Shown in pieces: positions 41,140 through 55,315 of a stretch of 64,000 nt of DNA; position 1 is the stretch's first letter; each line of letters starts with the position of its first letter. Source of the DNA: the human T2T-CHM13v2.0 reference genome, Homo sapiens; NCBI RefSeq assembly GCF_009914755.1, contig NC_060927.1. The stretch is one strand, 5' to 3'. The notes beneath the pieces are model-generated. The model was not told the origin of the DNA. It did no database searches and saw only the letters and a program-made list of their open reading frames with translations. The position numbers and the translations under genes are program-made.

Positions 41140-41520
41140 GGGTGTGACAAACATAGCTATTTGACTGCAAAAACCCATGTTCTTCCTAGCCAGTCAGGGG
41201 CTACATTTCCCAACCTCATCAACCTTTACGCATATATGGGCCAATTAATTGGTTCGCCCAATAAAATGTGAGCAGAAGAGCTTTGTAAATGGCCAAGTGG
41301 GTAAGATGCAGATGTATTTCCCAGTCTCTTTCCCTAACTGCCCGCTACTGAGAGGACGAAGAGGAAGAGGAACCACAAGGTGGAAGGGGCCTGGGCCTCT
41401 GAACGTTCACATGGAAGGCCATACAATGTGTCTTGGACTCTGATGTGAATAGAAAGTAAACCTTATTAAATCTCTGAGATTATAGGTGTATCTATTTCAG
41501 CAGCTAGTTTTACTTAACAC
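41140..41520 (+). mobile_element. Old MLT1 LTR
   Basis: 'ggctacatttcccaacctc..ccaataaaatgtgagcagaag..ctctgagattataggtgtatctatttcagcagc'. Confidence 0.6.
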
Positions 41521-43079
41521 ATGTGAAAGGCCAGAGGAGGCTTATGGGGAGCAAAGGAAATTCAAGAATCTAAATGATGACTCTTTTCAACTCCTCCCAC
41601 CTATGAATACAGATCTTAGGCTAATAAATACAGACACCCCACCTACGTCTTAGGCAATCATCAAGGCAAGGTTAAAGAAAGTTTCCCTGTCTCTCGCCAC
41701 TTCTACACTTAGCCTTAGGCTCCATACTTTTAGTGGTTTATTTATCTACCTCAAGGTCTCCATCTGTCATCTTTTAAATCACTTTTATTCTAGCTAAAAA
41801 TGTTGGAGGATAGGAAGGACACTGGGTATTTATTCTAACTATTTTGGGGGACAGAAAGGTAAAGTAACAGAATCAGATAAACTGGTGAACATCTTAGTTG
41901 TAAAGAAAAGGGGGCGCTATTATAAGAAAACACTGTTCTATCTCTGAACTTTAGGTTTTCTAAGGGAGACTGCTCTGTAGTTTGGCTAGTACATTGATGG
42001 GTTTTAGATGGGCAAACCTGGGCTCAGAGAAGGATCTAGGAAGAGTTGAATTGAGTTATTCAGCATAAAAGTATGAAAAGAGTTGAAAAAAGGAAAAGAG
42101 ATGAAAAGAGAGAGGTGACAGCAAGACTCTGAGATGCCAGAGGGGTCCACGGGATGGGGCATTATGGATGGTCTCAGTGATGGGGATGGAGACGAGACTG
42201 TTAAATCCAGGAAACATGAATGTTGAGCGTTAGACTGTCTGGTCACCTCTATGTAGCTCCCGCTGTCTACCCAAATTTTCAGTGGAGGTTTTCACATCAA
42301 AGACACCTTCTATGGGAGGTTTTTCAGGGGCACCTAAGGAAGGGCTACAGTTCCACAGACAAGTTGACAAACTGTGGAATGCAGACAGCATATACAGGCA
42401 GGAGAAGACCCATAAACAAAATGGATCCAGATGGAGCTTGGAATCACAGGACCATTCACTCCACAAACATTGAGCACCCAATATGTGCCTAGGACTATTC
42501 CAGAGCATGAGGACCATGCCTGGAACTAGATAGACAAAGTCCATAGGAACTCACAATCTAATGGAGTGACAGACAATAAATAACTGAACAGATAAATACA
42601 TGAGAAAAATAAAGCAGAGGATATGGTGATGAATGGAGGCTCTGCTTGAGAATGAATGGTTGCCTTGCAGAGGCAACACTGAAGCCGAGACTATTCTCAT
42701 TAGGAATTTACTATCAGCTTTGTGGGGGTGGAGGTGTAGGTTGGTCAGGAGCAGAGTGACCCCAGTACATGTGGATTACAGACCAATCATTTACTCATTT
42801 CTCCTGCTAATTCTCTTCCTTTTCCCTACGATGATGTAATGTTATTTTTTCAGTAAACAATAAAAAATGTATTGAGTCCTTCTTTGTATGCTAGGGGGAG
42901 ATAGTTGCTACTCAGAAGGTTATAATCAAGGTTGTCGCTGAAGTGGGAGTTCATGGATTCCGCTTCCCTCCCGTCTCTAAGGAAAAGGCAGTGAACTGTA
43001 GGTTCGAAATCATTTGATCTCACGCTTGCCTAGAAGCAGAAGAATGAAGCTGACTAGAACACCCCTTAAGCCTCTTAGC

Positions 43080-43545
43080 TGTCCTGAGGGAAAGGAGCAC
43101 TGCACCCTCCCCCAGAGTAAAGACATCGCGAATTAATTCCTGGGTGGTGGACGGCGACGTCCTTGTCCTGCGGGAAGTGCAAGGGCACCCGCTCAGGGTT
43201 GTGAGAAACTGCGGGGCCCACGCTGCTGGCGAGAGTCAAGAAGGAACGAAAAGAAGGAGCTCCATCTAGCGTTGTTACGAAACAAGACCAGCGGCATCCT
43301 GAACAGTTAGCTCCTTTCTGAAGGGCGAGTACCAAATGAAAAACGCACCTTATCTTCCGCCTAAAAATTTTACCGAAAAAGCCAGAGCCGCTGGGCTGTG
43401 GGAATTTAGCGCACAGTACAAGCCTGACATCACCTTTGTCTGGGAATGAACCCAGGAACGGAAAGAAGACTAAATTATCTTAAGGTCTTGCTTATCAGTA
43501 ACTACACATGAAATGTTTCCTCCTAGGACAGGAGCGCAGGCTTCT
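43080..43545. promoter_or_regulatory. Small CpG-rich, promoter-like non-repeat segment
   Basis: About 20 CpGs in ~300 bp (43125-43422, hand count) against a CpG-depleted background. X-box-like, MYB, E2F6 and CRE-like motifs; minus-strand donor AAG|GTGCGT at 43349. Confidence 0.6.
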
Positions 43546-43629
43546 TTGTTGTTATAAAATCATGATCTGGGGACTTGACAACGTCCAGAGCAATCTGGGG
43601 AGGCCCATAAATGGGATCCTGTATATTAT

Positions 43630-46430
43630 GACTTTGGGGACATTTGTGCAAGTATTTGTAATTGATGGGTCATAGGGTTCACATACCTTCAACTTCAGTA
43701 AACAATGACTAACTGCTTTCCAAGGGAAATATAACAGTTTACACTCTCATCAAGACTATGAGGGTTCCCTTTGCTCCTTATCATCTGCAAAAGTTAGTAT
43801 TGTCAGCCAGTTTCATTTTTGTCATTCTGATGGGTGGGGTCAGGATACTTCATGGTGTTTTAGTTGGCATTTTCTTAGTTACTAGTGAAGTCAAGCACTT
43901 CCCATATGTTTCTTGTCTATGTAGATATCCTCTTTTGAGAATTATTTATTCAAGTCTCTTGGCCAATTTCCCAAGGTCTGCCTTTTTCTTAGTTATTTGT
44001 ACTTATTCTTTATATATTCTGGTTAAGAGGCCTTTATTAGTTACATATGTTGAGATATAGTCCTTCAGTCAAGGCTTGTTTTTCATTTGTTTAATTGGTG
44101 TCTCTTTAGGAACAGAGGTTCTTAATTTTTATGAAACTCAATTTATAACTCTTATGATTTTTGTTTTGTATCTTATTTAAAAAATATTTCCCTACCCTGA
44201 GGGAAGACATTGTCCTATATTACCTCTCAAATCTTTATTGTTTTGCATTTTGCATTTAGGCCTAGTCTCCTGGAATTGACATTTTATTAGACAGAAGGTA
44301 GTGGTCAAGTTTTATTTTTCCTATTTGGGTTTCCAATTGTCCCAGGTTTATTTGTTGGAAAGACACTCCTCTTCCCACTGTTCTACAGTACCACCCTTGT
44401 CATCAATCGTGTTCATTTGTGTGTGAGTTTGAGAATGATCTACTCTGTTCCATTGTTCTACCTTGCCTGAATATAAAACTGTCCAAGTAACCTACAGATT
44501 CAATGCAATCCCTATCAAGATTCCAATGTCATTTTTCATAGAAATAGAAAAAAATACTAAACTTCATATGGAACCACAAAAACCTGAATAGCAGAGGCAA
44601 TTATGAGCAAAAAGAACAAAGCTGGAGGCACTACACTATCTGATTTCAAACCATACTAAAAAGCTACAATAACTAAAACAGCATGGTACTGGCAAAAAAC
44701 TAGACACATAGACTAATGGAGCAGAATAGAGAGCCCAGAAATTATCTCTCACATCTACGGTCAATTGATTTTTGGCAAAGGTGCCAAGAATTCACAATGG
44801 AGAAAGCCTAGCCTCTTCAATAAATGGTGTTTAGAAAACTGAATATCCACATGCAGAAGAATGAAATCGGACCCTTATCTCACACCATATACAAAAAGTC
44901 ACCTCAAATGGATTAAAGACTTAAAAGTAAGACCAGAAACTGTAAAACTCCTAGAAGAAAACATAGGGGAAAACCTACATTACATTAATCTGGTCAATGA
45001 GTTTTTCATTTAACCCCAAAAGCATAGGCAGCAATAGCAAAAATAGACAAATGGGATTGCATCAAACTAAAAAGCTCTGAACAGCAAAGGAAATAACCTA
45101 CAGATTGAGAGAAAATATTTGCAAGCCATACATCTGATAAAAGGTTAATATCCAAAATATTTAAGAAACTTGGACAACTCCACAGCAAGAAAAAAACAGT
45201 TAAAAAATTGGGAAACAACTTATATACATAACTCTCAAAAGAAAACATACAAATGGCTAACAGATACATGAAAAAATGTTCAACATTACTAAATCATTAG
45301 AGAAATACAAATTAAAACCTCAGATCTCACACCCGTCAGCATGGCTATTATAAAAAAGACAAAGGGTAAGTTGGCAAGGATGTGGAGAAAAGGGAACATT
45401 TGTACACTATTAGTGGGAATGTAAATTAGTACAGCCATTATTGATAACTGTATGGAGGTTTCTCAAAAAACTAAAAATGGAATTACTGTATGACCCAGCA
45501 ATGTCACCTATAGGTATTTACCCAAAAGATTTGTCAAAGAGATGTCTAGACTCCCATTTATTGTAGCACTATTATGTAGCACAAGTTATGGAGGCAACCT
45601 AAGTGTCCATCAACAGGTGAATGAATATAGAAAATGCGGTATATATAAATAATAGACTACTACTCAGCCTTTAAGAAGAAGAAAATTGTGGAATCTAAAC
45701 AATCAAATTCATAGAAGCAGAGAGTAGAATGGTGGATGGGGGGGTGGGGCAAATGGGGAGATGATGGTCAAAGGAAACAAAACCTCAGTTAGATGAGAGG
45801 AGTAAGGTTTTTAAAATATCAATTGCACAGCATGGTGAATAGAATTAATAATAGTATACATAATTAATACTATTATTAATACTATTTATAATAGTATAAA
45901 AATAGTACATTTTTAAATTGCTAAAAGTAAATTTCAAAAGTTCTCACCACAAAAAGTTTAAAGTATTTGAGGTGATGGATATGTTAATTAGCTTTATTTT
46001 TATTTTTTTCCACATTGTATTTATAAATCAAAACATCACTTGGTGCCCCATAAATACATACAATTAGAAACTATCAATTTATAATAAAATAAAAACATAT
46101 CAAACTGTCCTAATTACTAGAACCAATACATCTTCATATCCTGGAGAGCAAGTCCTCTCATTTGTTTTTCAAGAGTATCTTGGCCATCCTTAAACCTTTG
46201 TATTTTCATATAAAATTTAGAATCACAGGTTTGCATTAAATCTGTAGACTACAGGAGAAAAATTATCATCTTTATAATATTAAGTATACAATATATGAAT
46301 ATCGCATGTCTTTCTATTTATATAAGTCTTTAATTTCTCTCAATAATGCTTCATGATTTTCACATAGGGGTCTTGGACATCTTTTGTCAGATTTATTTCT
46401 AGGTATTTTATATTTTATGCTTCTGTAAAT
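43630..46430 (-). mobile_element. L1ME-type LINE, interrupted by L1MA
   Basis: Antisense ORF2/3'UTR motifs at 43630-44484 resume at 46111. Confidence 0.75.
44485..46096 (+). mobile_element. L1MA (5/6-like) 3' portion
   Basis: ORF2 remnants and 3' end 'ttctcaccacaaaaag..gaggtgatggatatgttaattagc'. 14-bp TSD atat(a/c)aaactgtcc at 44471-44484 and 46097-46110. Confidence 0.9.
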
Positions 46431-49400
46431 ATTTTTAATAGAATACTTTTAGAGCAATTTTACATTCATAGCAAAATTGAGTGGAAGGTGCAGAGATGTC
46501 CTACATACCCCTACTCCCTGCCCCCAACCTTCCCAACTATCAACATCCCCCACCAGAATGCTATTTTTTATAATTGATGAGCCTACATTGATATATCATT
46601 ACAACCCAAAATCCATACATTAGGGTTCACTCTTGGTATTGTATATTCTAAGGGTTTTGACAATTGTATAATGACATGTATCCACTGTTATAGTATCATA
46701 CAGAGTATTTTCACTTACTTAAAAACCTCTGTGCTCCACCTATTCACCACTCCTTCCCCTGTAATCCCTGGCAACCATTGATCCTTTTACTGTTGACATA
46801 ATTTTGCCTTTTCCAGAATGTTCTACAGTTGGAATCATACAGATCAGCTTCTTTAACTTAACAATATGCATTTAAGATTCCTTCATGTCTTTTTATGGTT
46901 TAAGTCATTTCTGTTTAGCGCTGAATAATATTCCATCATCTGGATGTACCACAGTTTATCCATTAACTTACTGAGAGACATCTTGGTTGCTTCCAAGTTT
47001 TAGCAATTATGAATAAAGCTGCTATAAACATTTGTGTGCAGGTTTTTGTGTAGGCATAAGGTTTCAACTCCTTTGGGTAAATACCAAGGAATGCAATTGC
47101 TGGATCATATGGTAAGAGTATGTTTAGTTTTGTAAGAAGCTGCCAAATTGTCTTCCAATGTGGCTGTACCATTCTGAATTACCACCAGCAATAAATGAAA
47201 ATTCCTGTTGCTCCACATTCTCACCAGCATTTGGTGTTGTCAGTGTTTTGGATTTAGGCCATTCTAACTGCATGTGGTGGTATCTCATTGTTTTAATTTG
47301 TATTCTCTGTGACTTATGATGTTGAGCATCTTCTCATATGCTAGTTTAGCATCTGTATACCTTTGGTGAAATGTCTGTTCAAGTCTTTTGCCCATTTTTA
47401 TTCAGGCTGTTTGTTTTCTTATTGTTGAATTTAAGAGTTATTCATGTATTTTGGATAACAACTTTTTCTCAGATTAGTCTTTAGCAAATGTTCTCTTCCA
47501 GTCTGTGGCTTGTCTTCTCATCTCTTGACAGTGTCTTTCTTTTGCAGAGCAGACATTTTTAATTTCAATGAGATCAAGCTTATCAATTATCCCTTTATGG
47601 ATTGTGCCTTTGGTGTTATATGTAAAAAATCATTACTATGCCCAAGGTTATCTAGATATTTCCCTATGTTATCTTCTAGGAGGCTTATAGTTTTGCAGTT
47701 TACATTTAGGTCTGTGATCCATTTGGAGTTAATTTTTATGAAGGGTGAAAGGTCTGTGTCTAGATTTTTTTTTGCCTGTGGATGTGCAAATTGTTCCAGC
47801 TCCATTTGTTAAAAAGACTATATTTTATCCATTTAATTTTTTGCTTCATTATTAGAGATCAGTTGACTATTTTTAAGTGAGTCTCTTTCTGGGCTGTCTA
47901 TTCTATTACACCGATCTATTATTTCATTCTTTTACTGTTACTATACTGTCTTGATTACTGTAGCTTTATAGTAACTCAAATTGGGTAGTGTCAGTCTTCT
48001 GATTTTGTTTTTCTCCTTTAATATTGTGTTGGCTATTCTGGGTCTTTTCATATCCTTAAAATAATTGCTGGGATTGTGATTAATTTGCATTGAATCAATA
48101 ATTCAAGTTGGGAAGTACTGACATCTTGACAATATTGAGTCTTCCCATCCATGAACATAGAATATCTTCCTTTTATATAGTTTTTCATTTCTTTCATCAG
48201 AGTTTTATAGTTTTCCTCATATAGATCTTGTAAATATTTTGTTAGATTTATACCTAAGTATTTCCTTTTATTAGGTGCTAAGGTAAATAATATTGTGTTC
48301 TGGTTTGCAAATTCCACTTGTTCATTTTTGGTATATAGGAAAGTGATTAACTTTTGTGTATTACCCTTGTATTCTGAAACTTTGCTATAATCACTTAATA
48401 GTTTCAGGAGTTTTTTATGGATTCTTTCAGATTTTCTATAGACACAATCATGTGATCTGTAAACAGAATTTTATTTCTTCCTTTCCAATCTGTATACCTT
48501 TTATTTATTTTCTTGTCTTATTGCCTTAGCTAAGATTTCTAGTATAATGTTGAGAAGCAATGGTGAGAGGAGACTCCTTGCTTGTTCTTAATTGTAGCAG
48601 GAAAGCTTCTATTTTTTCTTAAGTATAATGTTAGTTGTAGGTTTTTTGCAGATGTTCTTTATCAAATTGAGAAAGTGCCCCTCTATTTCTAGTTTGTTGA
48701 GAGTATCTATTATAAATGGGCATTTAATTTTTGTCAAATGCTTTCTTTGCATCTATTGATATGACAATGTGATTCTCCTTCTTTAGCCTGTTCATGTGAT
48801 ATAGTATGTTAGTTGATTTTTAAATGTTGAACTAGCCTTGTATACCTGGAACATTGTTGAATTTGTATTGATAATACTTTGAAGAGGATTTTTGCGTCTG
48901 TGTTCATGAGAGATATTGATCTGTAGTTTTCATTTTTTGTAATGTCTTCACCTGGTTTTGGTATTACGGTAATGCTGGCCCCATAGAATGAGTTAGGAGT
49001 ATTTTCTCTGTTCTGTCTTCTAGAAGAGATTGTAGAGAATTGTTATAATTTCTTTCTTAAATGTTTGGTAGAATTCACCAGTCAGCCCATGTGAACTTGG
49101 CCCTTTCTATTCTAAAAGGTTTTAATTATCTATTCAAGTTCTTTAATAGATATATGCTTATTCAGATTGTATATTTCTTTTTGTGTGAGTTTTGGCAGAT
49201 TGTGTTTTTCAAGGAATTGGTGTATTTTACGTAGGTTATCAAATTTGCGGACATAGAATTCTTCATAGTATTCATTATCCTTTTAGTGTACAAGGGATCT
49301 GTAGTGCTGTTTCCTCTTTCATTTCTGATATTAGCAATTTTTTATCTTTTTTTCTTAGCCTGACTAGAGGCTCATTGATTTTATTGTCCTTCCATATAAC

Positions 49401-49619
49401 AAGCCTTTGGTCTCTTTGATTTCATCTATTGACTTCCTGGTTTTAATCTAAATGATTTCTGATATAATTTTTATTATTTATTTTCTTCTGCTTACTTTGG
49501 ATTAATTAGCTCTTCTTGTCCTAGTTTTCTAAGGTGGAAGCTTAGATTACTGATTTTAGAAATTTTTCTCTTCTAATACAATATACTCATTAAATGCTAT
49601 AAATTTCCCCCTAAGCACT

Positions 49620-50049
49620 TGTATTGGGCTGTGATCACATTGCTATAAAGAATTACCTGAGACTGAGTAATTTATAAAGAAAAGAGGTTTAACTGGCTCG
49701 CAGTTCTGCAGGCTATACAGGAAGCAGGAGGCTGGCATCTGCTTGGCCTCTGGAGAGGCCTTGGAAAACTTACAATCATGGTGGAAGATAAAGGGGAAGC
49801 AGCCATGTCACATGGCCAGAGCAGGAGGAAGAGAGAGAGCAGTGGGGTAGATGCTAAACACTTTGACCAGATCTAATGAGAACTCACTCACTATCTATTG
49901 CAAGGACAATACCAAGAGGGATGATGCTAAACCATTTATGAGAAATCTGCCCCCGTGATCCAATCTCCTCCCACCAGGCCCCTCCTCCAATATTGGGGAA
50001 AACAATTGAACATGAGATTTGAGTGGGGACACAGATCCAAACCATGTCA
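49620..50049 (-). mobile_element. MSTA solo LTR inside L1MC1
   Basis: TG..CA termini with perfect 5-bp TSD GCACT (49615-49619 and 50050-50054). Confidence 0.95.
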
Positions 50050-52054
50050 GCACTGCTTTTGTTGCATCTCACACATTTTAAAGTTGTGTTTTCATTTTCA
50101 TTTAGCCCAAAATATTTTAAAATTTCTTTTGAGATTTAATCTTTGATCCATGTGTTATTTGGAAGTGTGTGGTTTAATCTCCAAATACTTTGGAGTCGAA
50201 CATTCTGTTATTGATTTTTCATTTAATTCCATGGTGGTATGAAAGCAGACATCACATGATTTCTATTCTTTTGACTATATTAAGGGGTGTTTTATGGCCC
50301 ACAAATGTGGTCTATCTTGGTAAATATTCCATATGAGATTAAGAAGCAAGTATAATCTGCTGTTGTTTGATTAAGCAGTATATAGATGTCCATTTTATCC
50401 AGTTGATTGACAATGTTGTTGAGTTCAACTATGTCCTCACTGATTTTCCACCTGTTGGATCTGTTCATTTCCGATGGAGGAGTGTTAGAGTCTGTAACTA
50501 TAATAGTGGATTCATCTATTTCCCCTTGCAGTTCTATTAGTTTTTTTGCCTTCAGTATGTGACATTTTATTGTTAGGCATATACACATTAAGGATTTTTA
50601 TGTATTCTCATGGGATAATTGACCCTTTCATCATTATATAGTACACCTTTTTATCCCTAATAACTTTCCTTGCTCTGAAATCTGCTCTATCTGAAATTAA
50701 TATAGCCACTTCCACTTTAATTAGTGTTAGCGTGATATATCTTTCTTCATCCATATATTTCTAATATATTTGTGTTTCTATACTTAAAGTAGATTTATTA
50801 TAGACAACATATAGTTAGGTCTTTTTTTTGGATCCACTCTGAAAATTTCTTTTAATTAGTGCACTTAGACCATTGATATTCAAAGCAGTTGCTAATATCA
50901 TTGGGTTAATATCTATCATATTTGTTACTGCTTTCTATTTGTGGCCCTTATTATTTGTTCTTGTTTTTGTCTTCTGCTCTTTGCATCCACTTCATGGTTT
51001 TAATTAATACATGTATACAATATTTACATTTAGTATTTATATAAGTATTATGTTATAAAAATATGAATGTTTTATATAATATAAATGTATTATATATATA
51101 TTCTTTTCTTTTCTTTCTTAGCAAATGTATCTCTTTTTTAAAACTCTTTTTAGTGATTGCAATATACATTTACAATATACATTTACAACTAATCAAAGTC
51201 TACTTTCTAATAACACTGTACTACACAGTTAATGCAAGTAAATTATAATAAAAATATATTCATAATTCCTTCTTCCTGTTCCTTGTATCATTTCTGTCAT
51301 ACATTCCACTTGTATATAAGCATATATATACACACAGAATACATTGTTGCTGGTATTATTTTGAACAAGAATATTATTTTGATCAATTTAACATTTTACA
51401 AATAAAGGTTTACATTTTACTTTCATTCATTCCTTCTCTGATGCTCTTCCTTCCTTTATGTAGATCCACATTCCTGACCTGTATCATTTTTTTTCTCTCT
51501 GAAGAACTTTCTTTAACATTCATAGGTCTACTAACAACAAATTCCCTCAATTTTAGTTTGTCTGAGAAAGTTTTTATTTTTCCTTCACTTTTGAAGAATA
51601 ATTTCACAAGGTACAGAATTATAGGTTGACGTGTTTTTCCCCTTAACACTTTAAATATTTCTCTTCGCTCTCTTGCTTGCATGGTTTCTGAGTAGAAGTC
51701 AAATGTAATTCTTATTGTTGCTCCTCTATAAGTAAGGTGTTTTTTTCTTCTTGCTTCTTTCAAGATTTCTTCTTAATCTTGGATTTTCTGCAGTTTGAAT
51801 ATGATATGCCCAGGTGTAGGGTTTTTTGTTTGTTTGTTGTTTTGAAGGGAAGAGGGGGATTCATATTTATCTTGCTTGGTGGTTTCTGAGCTTCCTAGAT
51901 CTGTGATTTGATGTCTGACACTAATCTGAAAAAATCCTCAGTCAATATTATTTCAAATATTGGTTTTTTTCTTTCTCTATTTCCTCTCCTTCTGGTATTC
52001 TTGTTATTCATAAGATACACCTTTTGTTGTTTTTCCACAGTTCTTGGACATTCT

Positions 52055-52085
<31 letters not shown>

Positions 52086-52201
52086 GGACCTTTTCTTTCT
52101 CTTTGCTTTTCATTTGGAAGTTTCTGAGATATTTCTAAGCTCAGAAATTCTTTCCTCAGCTGTGTTCAGTCTACTAATGAGCCCATCAAAGATATTCTTT
52201 G

Positions 52202-52638
<437 letters not shown>

Positions 52639-53440
52639 TAATCACAGTTGTTTTAAATTCCTGGTCTGATAATTCCAACACCCTCTGAGTCTGTTTTTTA
52701 TCCTTGCTCTGTCTCTTCCAATTGTGGGGGTTTTTCCCCCCTCTAGTATGTCTTGTAATTTTTTTCTTGATAGATAGACATGATATCATAGGTAAAAGGA
52801 ACCTGGGGTTGGTTTCCATGGAAGTTTCTGCTTGTGGGTTTTTGCTCTGGTAAATTTTAATTTTCTGTATTTACCTAATTGTCTCTACAACTTTGAGGGC
52901 GGTGGCTTGCCCTGTGGCCTCACTTCTCTGACAGATATAAAAAGAGTTACTGACTTTTCAGTTTAATCAATTTTTTAACTGTTGTTAGGACAAGTGACTA
53001 TTTCCAAGCTACTAGATGCCAATCTGGAAATTGGAAGTACAATTATTTTTAAAGGTAATTTAATAATGTTTTTTCACTCAAAAATGTATTCATGTATATA
53101 GTTATTGTAATTGACAGACATACATGATTTTATTGCTGTTACTGTTTGTACCATTTTTTCCCTCATATAATCCATTTTTTTTACTTCATTCAGATTGATT
53201 CTGTATTCTCAGTAGTTTACCTAAGTTTTTTGCCATGCTTTTTTTTTTTTTTTTTTTTTTTTTTTTGGCTAGGTGCCTGTGTATGTATTCCTGAGTATTT
53301 ACTCTGCTTGGAATTCATTTGGATCCTTGATTCTGTGAATCAATATCTTTCATTAGTCTTGGATAATGCTCATTCATTATCTTTCCAAATATCACTTTAC
53401 CTATTTTCTCTTTTCTCTTTCTAACTCTTACTTATGTAAA

Positions 53441-53854
53441 TGTGTGAAGCCATTCTTGCATTGCTATGAAGAAATACCTGAGGCTGGGTAATTTATAAAG
53501 AAAAGAGGTTTAATTGGCTCACAGTTCTGCAGGCTATACCAGCATGGCTCCAACATCTGCCTCTGGTGAAAGCCTCAGGAATCTTACAATTACGGCAGAA
53601 AGTGAAGGGGAGCAAGCATGTCACATGACGAGAGCAGGAGCGAGAGAGGAGGAAGGTGCCACACACTTTGAAACAATCAGATCTCCTGTGAACTCAGAGT
53701 GAGAACTCACTTATCACCAATGGGATGGTGCCAAATCATTCATGAAGGAACCCCCGCTCCCATAATCCAATCACCTCCCAGCAGGTCCCATCTCCAACAC
53801 TGGGGATTACATCTGAACATGAAATTTGGAGAAAACAAACATTCAACAATATCC
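53441..53854 (-). mobile_element. MSTB-like solo LTR
   Basis: 'ctgggtaatttataaagaaaagaggtttaattggctcacagttctgcagg'; TSD gtaaa. Confidence 0.9.
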
Positions 53855-54109
53855 GTAAATTAGATCTTCTCTCTGTCTTATGTTTCTTATATTCATTTCT
53901 CTTTGCTCCATCCTTTTGTATCTCTGTACTTCATTTTGCATATTTTCTTCTTACCTGTTTCCAGTGCACTAATTTTTCTTCAGTTGTGAATAATTGGCTT
54001 GATTTTATTTATTATATTTTATTTTTATTTTTTTGCAGTCTCTTTTTATTATTATATATAATATATATTATTTTAATTTTATTTGTTATTTACTTTTTAT
54101 TATTATATT

Positions 54110-54238
54110 ATATTTTTATTTTTTTGTAGGGTCTCCCTATGTTTCCCAGGCTGCTCTCAAACTCCTGGCCTTAAGGGATCTTCCCACCTTGGCCTCCCAA
54201 AGTGCTGGGATTAAAGGCATGAGCCACTGTACCCAGCC
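54110..54238 (-). mobile_element. FLAM/Alu left monomer
   Basis: 'caaactcctggccttaagggatcttcccaccttggcctcccaaagtgctgggatt'. Confidence 0.85.
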
Positions 54239-54377
54239 CATTTTTGTATTTTTTTCATTCTAAAATTTCTATTTGTTTTTTTAGTTGGCTATACATTTTT
54301 TAACTTTTCAATTCCCTAACCATATTTTCATCTTGTTTTTCATCTTCTTGAACATAGGAACCATATTTATTTTATTT

Positions 54378-54678
54378 CTTTTTTTTTAAATTTTTTGAAA
54401 CTGGGTCTCACTGTGTTGCCCAGGCTGGAGTGCAGTGGTGTGATCACAGCTCACTGCAGCCTTGACCTCCCAGGCTAAAGCAATCCTCTCACCTCAGCCT
54501 CCCTAGTAGCTGAGACTACAGGTGCACACTAACACAATGGGCTATTTTGTTGTTGTTGTCAGTAGTGACAGGATCTCATTATGTCACCCAGGTTGATCTC
54601 AAACTCCTGGGTCAAGTGATCCTCCTACCTAGACCTCTCAAAGTGCTGGGATTACAGATGTGAGCCACCACGCCCAAT
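54378..54678 (-). mobile_element. AluJ
   Basis: Full dimer with J-type diagnostics. Confidence 0.9.
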
Positions 54679-55244
54679 CAGTATATTTATTTTAATGTTT
54701 GTATCTGATAACTCCAATATCTGGAGCTTCCGGAAGTCTCTTTCTATTGCCATTATTTTTACTGATTATGGTTTATGTTGTTCTACCTTCTTGTATGCCC
54801 AGTTTTCTTTGTTTGTGTGCCAGACATTGCATTTGGAAAATTGTTTATTAAAATTATTTGAGGCCAAAGTGATATTATATTTTTTTCAGAGAGCATTTTG
54901 GCTTGCTCTGCCAAGCATCTGAGTTCCTAGCAACACTGAACTATTGTGTGAGGCCTGCAAGAGGTCTATGAGTGATAATTTATTTCAGGCTCACTCTTAG
55001 TTCCAAGTTATAGTCTTTTCGGTCCCAAATCAGAATGTGAATATTCACCCAGGCCCTGTCTTGACAGACCATTTACTCCAACTTTTAGCCTCTTGCTCCT
55101 CAAAGCTAACAAAAGTACTGCTCCACCTCCAGGCCTTTTACCTACATCTTTTAAATCAACAAAAATCCCAAGGCAAACACTTCTCCTTTCTGAATTTTCA
55201 TTTTCTTTCCATTATTGAACTAATAGGCTCTCTGATGTAGAAGG

Positions 55245-55315
55245 ATAAATGCCCTAAAACAAATAATATACCTTAGGTATAAATGCCCTAAAACAAATAA
55301 TATACCTTGGGTATA
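55245..55315. repeat. 34-bp tandem duplication
   Basis: ataaatgccctaaaacaaataatatacctt(a/g)ggt twice, one mismatch. Confidence 0.95.

Noticed and set aside
51410-51763. L1 ORF1p-like ORF as a domesticated gene
   Set aside because: Short remnant within a decayed L1MC1 with surrounding stops and frameshifts.
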